A stretch of DNA of 57,546 bases from Sphingomonadales bacterium (GTDB taxonomy: Bacteria > Pseudomonadota > Alphaproteobacteria > Sphingomonadales > Sphingomonadaceae), in assembly GCA_027490455.1 (NCBI GenBank), contig JAIXYC010000042.1, positions 1-57,546 on the forward strand. The letters run 5' to 3'. A program made the position numbers and the translations under genes. Below, piece after piece: positions 10,027 through 19,028 of this stretch. Position 1 is the stretch's first letter. The number at the start of each line of letters is the position of its first letter. The notes beneath the pieces are model-generated. The model did no database searches. It saw only the letters and a list, made by a program, of their open reading frames with translations, and was not told the origin of the DNA.

Positions 10027-10215
10027 GTTATTTGTGCTTTTGCGCAATAATCAGTCGCGACAGCTGTGCACATAACGACCCTCCCGTTAACCATCTAATG
10101 GGGCATTTCGCTCGCAGGTTTCGCAGAGCATTAACTACCTTGCGCACTACCCCAATGAGGCGGAGCTTGAGCCGCTGCCCGCAAAAGGCAAGGGGATCAT
10201 GGTCTGGCGCGTGCG

Positions 10216-10971
10216 TTAAAGGTGCATGAAATCCCGGTCAAAACTTTTGAGATGCGCTCCGCCATCAACGAAGATGATTTGCCCGGTAACGTCTTGCGCT
10301 TTCGCCAAATAAACCACAGCATCGGCGACAGCGGATGGCGAGGGAAGCGCGCCCAGTGGCATCATGCCCGCCAATCGCACCTCTTGTTCTTCGGTATAGT
10401 CATCGGTTGATATGACGAGCCCGGGTGCGACGCCATTATAGCGTGCGCGCCCTGCAAATGACGCAGCCATGGACCGAACCGACGCCGCCAGCGCCTGCTT
10501 GGAGAGCGTGTAGCTAATCTGGTCACGGTGCGGATTGACAACGCGCTGGTCGACGATGTTGACGATTGCTGGCCGCAAGTCAGCGCCCGCCGCGTCGACA
10601 ACAGCTTTGGCGAGCAAGAGCGGTGCAAACAGGTTCAGCCGGAAATGCGCCTCCAGCGTTTCGAACGACATCGACTCCCAATCATCGTGCCCAAACATCG
10701 CGGCGTTATTGACCAGCAGCTGGGGTACGCGGCCAAAATGCGTTGTTATGGTGTCAATGAGATGGGCCGGGTCACCGGTGCTCAAATCAAAGGTAAAAGG
10801 ATGCCATTCGCACTCTTTTTTTTGCAGCGTCGCCAGAAGCTTTTCTTCGGGCTGTGAATCGAGATGGCTCACTAGTGCCAACCCGTAACCCGCATCCGCA
10901 AGCTTAGATGCGATTTCGGCCCCCAGCCGACGCTTGCCGCCTGTAACAATTGCAAGCGGCGCCTTTGTCAC
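10216..10971 (-). CDS. SDR oxidoreductase, pteridine reductase/FolM-like
   Basis: TGGKRRLG cofactor motif, NNA and YTLSK. Coupled to folB. Confidence 0.75.
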   Translation of the reverse strand: MTKAPLAIVTGGKRRLGAEIASKLADAGYGLALVSHLDSQPEEKLLATLQKKECEWHPFTFDLSTGDPAHLIDTITTHFGRVPQLLVNNAAMFGHDDWESMSFETLEAHFRLNLFAPLLLAKAVVDAAGADLRPAIVNIVDQRVVNPHRDQISYTLSKQALAASVRSMAASFAGRARYNGVAPGLVISTDDYTEEQEVRLAGMMPLGALPSPSAVADAVVYLAKAQDVTGQIIFVDGGAHLKSFDRDFMHL

Positions 10972-11336
10972 TTGCGGCTCCGCGACATTGTAATGCCAAT
11001 CGATTCATTATCTTCGGCGATGGCCAGTTTCACGATTTTGACGACGAGGTGGCTAATGCGCGGGTCGTCAGCAAACAAATTATCCATGATATGATCGGCG
11101 ACGGCTTCGATCAGTGTGAAGTGCACATCGTTGGGCAACAGCGTTGCGGCCTCTTTCAACGTCATATAATTTTTCGACGCTGACAACGGCGTGTCCGGCG
11201 CATAATGTGGAGCTATATCCAGCGTTGCGCTGATCGAAATACGCAGCGGCTGGGGCAGGTGCGTTTCCTGGCTGTAAATGCCTGTCAGCACATTGACGAC
11301 AAGGTCATGTACTTCGAGAATGAGGCTATCAGTCAT
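10968..11336 (-). CDS. folB: dihydroneopterin aldolase family (FolB/FolX)
   Basis: GIYSQE..PQPL, NY, HFTLIEAVA and VKIVK motifs, with a GGAG RBS. Confidence 0.8.
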   Translation of the reverse strand: MTDSLILEVHDLVVNVLTGIYSQETHLPQPLRISISATLDIAPHYAPDTPLSASKNYMTLKEAATLLPNDVHFTLIEAVADHIMDNLFADDPRISHLVVKIVKLAIAEDNESIGITMSRSRK

Positions 11337-11344
11337 ATCACTCC

Positions 11345-12223
11345 TTAACGTGACCAGCGGGCGAAAATAGCTGTGGGCAAAAGCATGCCCCGGCCCTGTT
11401 CGCGCACCGCGAGTTCACCAAATTCAACTTTGCCACCAAGGTCGGCAAAATGGGATTCCAACAACCCGCCCAAGGCCAGCGCAGACATGCGCACCGCGTA
11501 GACGGTTAGAAATAGAAATTTCGATTCCGCATCAAGCAACTTGCGGCAATTGCCGATCAGTTCGGGCAGATCTTCCTCAAGCCGCCAGACTTCGCCGTCG
11601 GGACCGCGACCATATTTGGGTGGGTCCAGCAATATGCCGTCATAGCGCTTTTCGCGGCGCACTTCGCGCGCAACGAATTTGGCGGCGTCGTCGACGATCC
11701 AGCGAATGGGGCGGTCGGACATGCCCGACATTTCAGCATTGGCCCTTGCCTGCGCAACCGATTTCTTGGACGCGTCAACATGCACCATCTGCACGCCGGC
11801 TGCCGATAAGGCGAGGGTGCCAACACCAGTATAGCCAAACAGGTTCATGGCGACAGGATCGGTGACCCCTGCCAACTGTCCGCGCATCCACCGCCACACC
11901 GGGTCCATATCCGGGAAAAAGCCGAGGTGACGGAATGGCGTGCAGGATGCGGTAAAGTGCACCTCATCATTCCATGCGAGCGGCCAGCCATCCATGGGAA
12001 CGGGTTTGTTGTTGTACCAACGTCCGCCGCCATCATCGTCGGATCCGGGAATAAATTCGGCATCGGCGGGCCACTCCCCGAGCGCAGGCGCCCACATCGC
12101 TTGCGGTTCTGGCCGGATGAAGCGGCGGTCACCGTAGGATTCATATTTGCGCCCATTACCTGAATCGATGAGCGTGTAATCGCTGCGCGGCTCGCTGATC
12201 AGGGTGACGAAATTCTGTTCCAT
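11345..12223 (-). CDS. class I SAM-dependent methyltransferase (RlmI/RlmK-like)
   Basis: HLGFFPD, NLFGYTG, HVDAS and LLDPPKYG motifs. Confidence 0.85.
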   Translation of the reverse strand: MEQNFVTLISEPRSDYTLIDSGNGRKYESYGDRRFIRPEPQAMWAPALGEWPADAEFIPGSDDDGGGRWYNNKPVPMDGWPLAWNDEVHFTASCTPFRHLGFFPDMDPVWRWMRGQLAGVTDPVAMNLFGYTGVGTLALSAAGVQMVHVDASKKSVAQARANAEMSGMSDRPIRWIVDDAAKFVAREVRREKRYDGILLDPPKYGRGPDGEVWRLEEDLPELIGNCRKLLDAESKFLFLTVYAVRMSALALGGLLESHFADLGGKVEFGELAVREQGRGMLLPTAIFARWSR

Positions 12224-12226
12224 ATT

Positions 12227-13633
12227 TTAGCGAACGGCGCGCGCAAGCACATAGTCACGGACGTCGTCATATGTGCCGGGCAAGACATCAAAGCGTTCTT
12301 CACGGTCAAACAGATGCGAAACGCGCGCGGGCAAAGCAGGGCGAACGCCGGTTGCATTTTCCACTGCGTCCGGGAATTTGGCGGGGTGCGCGGTTGCCAA
12401 TGTGACGACCGGCGTTTCTGGTTTGATGCCCGACGCCCGCGCTGCGTGCAGTGCGATTGCGGTGTGGGGATCAATAATTTGGTCCGCCGCGCCATAGGCC
12501 CAGCGCATAGCGGCGGACATCTGGTCCGCATCGGCGCGCGCGCTCGACAGCAATGCCGATTTTTTACGCATGTCGGGCGACAGAACCATTTTGCCCATTT
12601 GTTCGAACCATTTCATCCGCGCCGCGGTGGTCGATCCATCGCGACCTTCAAGGTCGAACAGCAGCCGTTCAAAATTGCTCGACACCTGAATATCCATCGA
12701 TGGAGCTGCGGTCGGCGTTACGCCCAACACCGAATAGTCACCCTTTGAAAGGGCGCGATGCAAAATGTCGTTGATGTTGGTGGCCACAATCAGCCGTTCA
12801 ATCGGCAAGCCCATTTGCGCGGCAACATAGCCCGCAAACACATCGCCAAAGTTTCCGGTCGGGACGGAAAACGCAACTTTGCGCTCAGGTCCGCCCAATC
12901 GAAGCGCGGCGTAGAAATAATATACCACCTGCGCCATCAGGCGGGCCCAGTTGATGGAGTTTACGGCGGATAAAGTCAGCGGGCCATTGACGTCCTTGTC
13001 ATTGAACATCCGCTTTACCATCGCTTGCGCGTCGTCGAAGCTGCCTTCAATCGCGATGTTGTGGACATTGGGCGCAAGGATGGTTGTCATCTGCCGCCGC
13101 TGTACGTCAGAGACGCGGTTATGCGGGTGCAGCATGAAGATTTCGATTTGTGCGCGTCCGGCAACGGCGTCGATGGCTGCTGATCCTGTGTCTCCGGAGG
13201 TCGCGCCGACAATGGTCAGTTTTTTATCCGTGCCCGACAAGAAACGTTCAAACAACTGCCCAAGCAATTGGAGCGCAACGTCCTTAAATGCCAAGGTTGG
13301 CCCGTGAAACAGCTCAAGCAGCCAGTGTTGCCCATCAAGCTGCACCAGTGGCGTAATCGCCGAATGGGCAAAGGACCCATAAGCCGTCGAACACAGACCC
13401 TTGAGTTCCGCCTCGGTCAACACACCCGCTGTAAACGGCGCCATAACGCGCGCGGCCAGCTCGACATAAGACAGGCCGCGCATCGCTTTTATGTCTTCTG
13501 TCGAAAATTGCGGCCAATGGCGCGGGACATATAGTCCGCCATCTCGGGCAAGACCCGTTAGGGTGACGCCTGCAAAATCGAGCGCGTCCGCATTGCCGCG
13601 GGTGCTGATATAATCTGTTCCGTTAATCGTCAT
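12227..13633 (-). CDS. thrC: threonine synthase
   Basis: YISTRG, ELFHGPTLAFKD, ATSGDTG, PTGNFG and TAHPAKF. ATG at 13633. Confidence 0.97.
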   Translation of the reverse strand: MTINGTDYISTRGNADALDFAGVTLTGLARDGGLYVPRHWPQFSTEDIKAMRGLSYVELAARVMAPFTAGVLTEAELKGLCSTAYGSFAHSAITPLVQLDGQHWLLELFHGPTLAFKDVALQLLGQLFERFLSGTDKKLTIVGATSGDTGSAAIDAVAGRAQIEIFMLHPHNRVSDVQRRQMTTILAPNVHNIAIEGSFDDAQAMVKRMFNDKDVNGPLTLSAVNSINWARLMAQVVYYFYAALRLGGPERKVAFSVPTGNFGDVFAGYVAAQMGLPIERLIVATNINDILHRALSKGDYSVLGVTPTAAPSMDIQVSSNFERLLFDLEGRDGSTTAARMKWFEQMGKMVLSPDMRKKSALLSSARADADQMSAAMRWAYGAADQIIDPHTAIALHAARASGIKPETPVVTLATAHPAKFPDAVENATGVRPALPARVSHLFDREERFDVLPGTYDDVRDYVLARAVR

Positions 13634-13674
13634 AGCGCGCACGCGGTTACCCGCGACGCTGCATTTAGGCAAGA

Positions 13675-15261
13675 TTATTGCAAATCAGCCCGGACAAATT
13701 CGGCACATCTTTCACCAATCATGATGCTTGGCGCATTTGTGTTACCGGAAACAAGGCGCGGCATGATGCTGGCATCCGCGACATACAGCCCTTCGATGCC
13801 ACGATATTTCAGGCGCGGGTCGACAACATCGTCCGCATTGGGCCCCATGCGGCATGTGCCAACGGGATGGTATACGGTATCTGCGCGACTGCGGATCAGA
13901 TCATCCAAGGCGGCATCGTCATTCAGATCGACAGGATGGCGATTCTTTCCGCCATAAACGGCAAGCGCAGGTGCTTCGAAAATCCGGTGCATGGCGCGCA
14001 CGCCGCTGCGCAATGTGGCCATGTCGCGATCGTCGCTCAGAAATGCCGGGTCAATCAGCGGGGCCGTGCTTGCATCCGTTGATGCAAGGCGCACCGTGCC
14101 ACGGCTTTCCGGCCGCAAGACACAGGCATGGCAGCTGAACCCATGGCCTTTCACTTTGGAACGGCCATGGTCCTCCAACATTGCGGGGACGAAATGATAT
14201 TGAATGTCGGGTGCCGGCAAGCTTGCGTCCGAACGCCAAAATCCGCCCGCTTCGGCAAAGCAGGTGGTCATAACGCCTGTACGCTTGCGGCGATGTTCAA
14301 TAATCGCTTTGACCATCTTTACGGTACCGGTCAGCGAATCGCCGAAAAAGTCGTCCTTTGACTGTGTTTCAAAGCTGGAGACATAATCAATATGGTCTTG
14401 CAAGTCGGCGCCGACAGCTTTCTTATCATGGACGACATCCACGCCAACGCTGCGCAGATGGTCGGCCGGGCCAATGCCCGACAGCATCAATATTTGCGGC
14501 GATCCAAATGCGCCTGCGGACAAAATGACAGCGCCGCGTGCCTTGATTGTGCGTTTTTTGCTTCGACCTTGGCGAATGATGACGCCTGTGGCGCGTCCGT
14601 TTTCTACAATGATCTTTTCGGTCAGTGCACCGGTGATGACTTTCATCCGGTCGCGTGCCGGTTCGACATAGGCGCGTGCGGCGGTCCAGCGTTCGCCGCC
14701 CTTTTGCGTGACTTGATACAGGCCAAAGCCGTCCTGCGTCGCGCCGTTGAAGTCGTTATTGACCGGCAACTGCAGCTCGGCAGCCGCTTCGATGAAGGCA
14801 AGGCTGCCGGCTTGCGGCCAGCGTTGGTCAGAAACGGAAAGCGGTCCGCCTGATCCGTGAAAGGCATCAGAGCCGCGTTCATTGTCTTCGCAGCGTTTGA
14901 AATAGGGCAACACGTCGTCATAGGACCAGCCATCGCAACCCAATGCGGCCCAATTGTCATAATCATATTTGTGGCCACGGATGTAGACCATCGCGTTAAT
15001 CGCGCTCGACCCGCCAAGGCCTTTGCCGCGTGGTTGATATCCGGTGCGGCCATTCAGGCCCTTTTGCGGAACGGTTTCATATTTATAGTTCGACCCATTG
15101 CGGATGAATGGCATGAAACCGGGCGTTTTGATCAACATATTGTTGTTGGTGCCGCCGGCCTCGATCAGGCAGACCTTATATTTGCCACCTTCGGAAAGAC
15201 GCCCAGCTGCAGCGCTCCCCGCTGACCCGCCACCAATCACGATGATATCAAATTCGTCCAT
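13675..15261 (-). CDS. GMC family FAD oxidoreductase (choline/alcohol dehydrogenase-like)
   Basis: GGGSAG, RGKGLGGSSAINAMVY, YHPVGTCRMG and GNTNAP. Confidence 0.93.
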   Translation of the reverse strand: MDEFDIIVIGGGSAGSAAAGRLSEGGKYKVCLIEAGGTNNNMLIKTPGFMPFIRNGSNYKYETVPQKGLNGRTGYQPRGKGLGGSSAINAMVYIRGHKYDYDNWAALGCDGWSYDDVLPYFKRCEDNERGSDAFHGSGGPLSVSDQRWPQAGSLAFIEAAAELQLPVNNDFNGATQDGFGLYQVTQKGGERWTAARAYVEPARDRMKVITGALTEKIIVENGRATGVIIRQGRSKKRTIKARGAVILSAGAFGSPQILMLSGIGPADHLRSVGVDVVHDKKAVGADLQDHIDYVSSFETQSKDDFFGDSLTGTVKMVKAIIEHRRKRTGVMTTCFAEAGGFWRSDASLPAPDIQYHFVPAMLEDHGRSKVKGHGFSCHACVLRPESRGTVRLASTDASTAPLIDPAFLSDDRDMATLRSGVRAMHRIFEAPALAVYGGKNRHPVDLNDDAALDDLIRSRADTVYHPVGTCRMGPNADDVVDPRLKYRGIEGLYVADASIMPRLVSGNTNAPSIMIGERCAEFVRADLQ

Positions 15262-15327
15262 GTTGCCTGCTCCTCTAACGCCAAGGTTTAAGCGGACGAT
15301 TAAATACTGGCAAGGGTGTAAATAGCG

Positions 15328-16224
15328 CTATTCGCCCTTTGAATGTTGCGTTTCAAGCCATCGCGCACGGATCGTGGTCGATGTTTCCCGGCTGCCATCG
15401 TGGCTCCATCCCGGTTCGCGCACAAGGTACGACAATTTGTGACGCCATGGTGCCGACCAGAGGTCTTGGAATATCCCGACCCATTCGTGAAACACGCTCC
15501 ACAGCAGGTTGAAGGTTCCGAGTTGCCGGACAATCCCGTAGCGGATTTTTTCGCTATCTACTTCTTCGGTGAAGGTCCCGAACATGCGATCCCAGATGAT
15601 GAAAACACCCGCATAATTGCGGTCAAGATAGCGGGGATTGGTCGCATGATGGACGCGGTGATGGCTTGGGGTATTCATCACATATTCGAACCAGCGCGGG
15701 AATTTGCCGATGGCTTCGGTATGGATCCAGAATTGATAAATGAGGTTAAACGCGCCCACGAAAAGCAGCAGGGCCGGGTGAAATCCGATGAGCGCCAACG
15801 GAATGCGGAAGATAAAGCCAAGCGCAATGAAACCGGTCCATGTCTGACGCAGCGCAGTGGAGAGATTATAATGCTGGCTTGAGTGATGGTTTACATGGCT
15901 GGCCCAAAACCAGCGGACGCGGTGTCCGGTGCGATGCGCCCAATAATAAGCCAGATCGTCCAAAACAAAGCATAAGGGCCACGCCCACCACACCCAGCCA
16001 ATGTCGAACAACCGGTTCTCGTACATCCACATCGCCAGACTGAACACCAACGCGCCGGTGAGTGCGCCTGCAACGGTGCTGCCGGTGCCGAGCGCGAGTG
16101 ACGTCAAGGTGTCGCGTGGTTCATATTTCTCTGGCGCACGGCTGCGGGCCCACAGCATTTCTGCGATGATGAGGATGACGAACGCCGGAATGGCATAATC
16201 CACTGGGCTGAAAAGTTCAGGCAT
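15328..16224 (-). CDS. sterol desaturase/fatty-acid hydroxylase family protein, alkylglycerol monooxygenase-like
   Basis: His boxes HRTGH, HVNHH and HHRVHH, plus YNLSTALRQ, YQFWIHTE and NYAGVFIIWDRMFGTF. Confidence 0.88.
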   Translation of the reverse strand: MPELFSPVDYAIPAFVILIIAEMLWARSRAPEKYEPRDTLTSLALGTGSTVAGALTGALVFSLAMWMYENRLFDIGWVWWAWPLCFVLDDLAYYWAHRTGHRVRWFWASHVNHHSSQHYNLSTALRQTWTGFIALGFIFRIPLALIGFHPALLLFVGAFNLIYQFWIHTEAIGKFPRWFEYVMNTPSHHRVHHATNPRYLDRNYAGVFIIWDRMFGTFTEEVDSEKIRYGIVRQLGTFNLLWSVFHEWVGIFQDLWSAPWRHKLSYLVREPGWSHDGSRETSTTIRARWLETQHSKGE

Positions 16225-16645
16225 GCGTATTTCCCATGTTATGCTGACCGTTGTTCAAATGCCGAAGGCCAGATGCCCATGACGGTGCTTGTTCACCCAA
16301 ATTGAGCGTAATGGTTCCAAATGTCTTCTCGCCTGTCCCTATGGTGAGGAAATTCTGGTCCAAACGGGATTCGCTGTGCCTGTCGAGCAAACGTCCTGCC
16401 CATTGCACACCGTGGCGACGGATGAGCATGTGCCGGCCTTGATCGTCACGCAGCAATGCCGCGATACCGGCTTTGTCGATTGCGATGTCGACGGGATGGA
16501 ACCCACAGAGCGTTTCTTCAGCAATGTCACGCGCCTGCGCTTCGCTGTGGATGCGGACATCGCCGCCCAAGCGCCAAAACCGTGCGAGCCACGCGATAAA
16601 CAAAATCGATGCAATCGACCCGGCAAGTTGCAGCAATTCTGCCAT
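16217..16645 (-). CDS. hypothetical protein with N-terminal membrane anchor
   Basis: ORF overlaps both neighbours in an operon-like run and has a hydrophobic N-terminus. Confidence 0.7.
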   Translation of the reverse strand: MAELLQLAGSIASILFIAWLARFWRLGGDVRIHSEAQARDIAEETLCGFHPVDIAIDKAGIAALLRDDQGRHMLIRRHGVQWAGRLLDRHSESRLDQNFLTIGTGEKTFGTITLNLGEQAPSWASGLRHLNNGQHNMGNTHA

Positions 16646-17076
16646 TAAGAAGCCCGTCCGCGCAACATGTCCATCATCGCCGCAACGGGCGACAAATCAT
16701 AGCCTGCGTCAGCGGCCTGTTCCGAAAGAACGGCGGGATGGTCGCCCTTCGCCGCGCGGGCCAATGCCCATAACAATGTCGATCGGGTCCCCGACCGGCA
16801 ATAGGCCAATATTTTGCCGTTTGCGTTTTCAATGGCATCGGCCATGGCCGTCACCTGCCATTCGGCAAAGCCCGCGTGCGTCACGGGAATGGCGACATAA
16901 GCGATACCGGCAGCTTGCGCCGCGGCGGCGATTTCAGCGCCTGACGTCTGGTCGGCGGATTCATCTTCTGGACGGTTGTTGATGATCAACGAAATGCCCG
17001 CGGCTTTCGCGTCTGCCACGTCGGAAAGGCTGATTTGCGGCGCGGCGAAAAACGTGTCTGTCAATTTACGAAACAT
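16645..17076 (-). CDS. TIGR01244/DUF442 family sulfurtransferase/phosphatase-like protein
   Basis: IINNRPEDE and YCRSGTRS motifs. Confidence 0.88.
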   Translation of the reverse strand: MFRKLTDTFFAAPQISLSDVADAKAAGISLIINNRPEDESADQTSGAEIAAAAQAAGIAYVAIPVTHAGFAEWQVTAMADAIENANGKILAYCRSGTRSTLLWALARAAKGDHPAVLSEQAADAGYDLSPVAAMMDMLRGRAS

Positions 17077-17182
17077 CAGCAAATCCTGTTATTTGCCGCA
17101 CAAAGCGGTCATCTGCCCTTCGCCTTATTTTAATCTGCAATCGATAACAAGAATGGACCGCGCATTAACGAGAAGCGCCCCG

Positions 17183-18949
17183 CTAAAACTGCGCGATGAC
17201 CGATAGGAAATCTTCGCCATAGGCCTCCAACTTGCGTGCGCCGACGCCGCTAATTCGGCCTAAGGCGTGGATATTGGTTGGCTTGGTCAACGCCATTTCG
17301 CGCAAAGTTGCGTCGTGAAAAATAACATAAGGCGGCACGCCCACATCTTCGGCCAGCGCGCGACGTTTTGCACGCAGTGCCTCAAACAACGGGTTGCCAA
17401 TGGGATTGTCCGGGCGACCGGCGCGGCGTTTGGTGTCGGGCTTTACGATCGCAATCTGAATGTTTTGATCGCCGCGCATGATCGCGCGGGCATCGCCCGC
17501 CAATTTCAGGCCGCCATGTTCGTTGGCCACCATTGCCCCGCGTGCCTGCAGAGCGCGAGACAAGGGCTTGAGCATTGCTGCCTCTGCCTTGCTTACAATT
17601 CCAAACACCGAAAGCTGATCATGCCCCAATTGGGTGATGCGGTCATCTTTGCTGCCCGTCAGGACCTTTTCCAAATGGCCCATGCCGAACATCTGCCCCG
17701 TGCGATAGGCGGCGGACAAGAGCTTGCGCGACAGTTCGGTGGCGTCATGAACGTCGGGCGCATTCAGGCAATTGTCGCAATTACCGCACGATTCAGGTGG
17801 GCTCTCCCCAAAGTGACGCAGCAGCACGGCACGCCTGCACCCCGCCGTTTCGACCAGATATGACAACGCGGCAACGCGCGCCAATTCCGCCTCACGCCGT
17901 TCGGGGGGAAGCTCGTTCAGGCGCATGCGGGCGCGGGTGAAGTCTCCGGCGGACCATAGCATATGCGCCACCGCCGGGTCGCCATCGCGTCCGGCGCGGC
18001 CGCTTTCCTGATAATAGGATTCGACAGATTTCGGCAGACCGGCATGCACGACAAAGCGCACATCGGGCTTGTCGATGCCCATGCCAAAAGCCACCGTTGC
18101 CACCATCACCATGTCTTCAGAAGACACAAACTCTGCCTGTGCCCGCGCCCGTGTCTGCGGCTCCATACCGGCGTGATAGTACAGCGCCTTGCGGCCGGTC
18201 TCTGCGATTTGGGCCGCAATTTTTTCGGTGCGGTCACGGGTCTGGGCATAGACTATGCCCGCGCCCGGCAGGCTTTTCACCAGTGCAGCAATGCCGCTGT
18301 TCGGCGCGGCTTCTGCGGCATAGCGGATGTTAGGCCGGTCAAAACCTGCCACCATGACGCCATCGCGCGGAATGCCCAGTTGCTCGGCAATATCGTCGCG
18401 CGTGTGGGTGTCGGCTGTTGCGGTCAGCGCGAGGCGCGGCACTTCGGCAAAGTCGTCAAGCAAGGGACGCAGCAGGCGATAGTCCGGGCGGAAATCATGC
18501 CCCCATTCGGAAACGCAATGCGCTTCATCAATGGCAAACAGTGCGATTTTGGTCTCACGCAACAGGTTGCGAAACTCTTGCCCCGATGCGCGTTCCGGCG
18601 CGACATACAACAGGTCTAATTCGCCAGCACGAAACCGGCTGATCGTTTCTGCACGGTTGTCGTCGGCTGATGTCAATGTCGCCGCGCGAATGCCAACGGC
18701 GTCGGCCGCGCGCATTTGGTCATGCATCAGCGCGATGAGCGGCGAAATGACAATGCACGTGCCGTCCATGATGACCGCGGGCAATTGGTAACATAAAGAT
18801 TTGCCTGCACCCGTTGGCATGATCGCCAAGGTGCGTTGCCCCGCAAGCACCCGCGATACGACCTGTTCCTGCTGTCCGCGAAATTCGGGAAAACCGAAAA
18901 TGCGGTGCAACACATCAGATGGGGTTGGGGATGGAGCGACGGGGACCAT
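17183..18949 (-). CDS. recQ: DNA helicase RecQ
   Basis: MPTGAGKSLCYQ, DEAHCVSEWGHDFRP, QESGRAGRDG, the Zn-binding CGNCDNC and an HRDC domain. Confidence 0.96.
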   Translation of the reverse strand: MVPVAPSPTPSDVLHRIFGFPEFRGQQEQVVSRVLAGQRTLAIMPTGAGKSLCYQLPAVIMDGTCIVISPLIALMHDQMRAADAVGIRAATLTSADDNRAETISRFRAGELDLLYVAPERASGQEFRNLLRETKIALFAIDEAHCVSEWGHDFRPDYRLLRPLLDDFAEVPRLALTATADTHTRDDIAEQLGIPRDGVMVAGFDRPNIRYAAEAAPNSGIAALVKSLPGAGIVYAQTRDRTEKIAAQIAETGRKALYYHAGMEPQTRARAQAEFVSSEDMVMVATVAFGMGIDKPDVRFVVHAGLPKSVESYYQESGRAGRDGDPAVAHMLWSAGDFTRARMRLNELPPERREAELARVAALSYLVETAGCRRAVLLRHFGESPPESCGNCDNCLNAPDVHDATELSRKLLSAAYRTGQMFGMGHLEKVLTGSKDDRITQLGHDQLSVFGIVSKAEAAMLKPLSRALQARGAMVANEHGGLKLAGDARAIMRGDQNIQIAIVKPDTKRRAGRPDNPIGNPLFEALRAKRRALAEDVGVPPYVIFHDATLREMALTKPTNIHALGRISGVGARKLEAYGEDFLSVIAQF

Positions 18950-19028
18950 GCCACGCCCTAGCGTGACTGAAGTGTCAGTGACAGAGTGCAGTTGTCTTCA
19001 AACCAAGTCGCTTGTGGATAGCGCGCGA

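Noticed and set aside
18963-18982. Imperfect dyad GTGACTGA-agtg-TCAGTGAC upstream of recQ as an SOS box
   Set aside because: It does not match the alphaproteobacterial LexA box (GTTC-N7-GTTC) and is too short to call.
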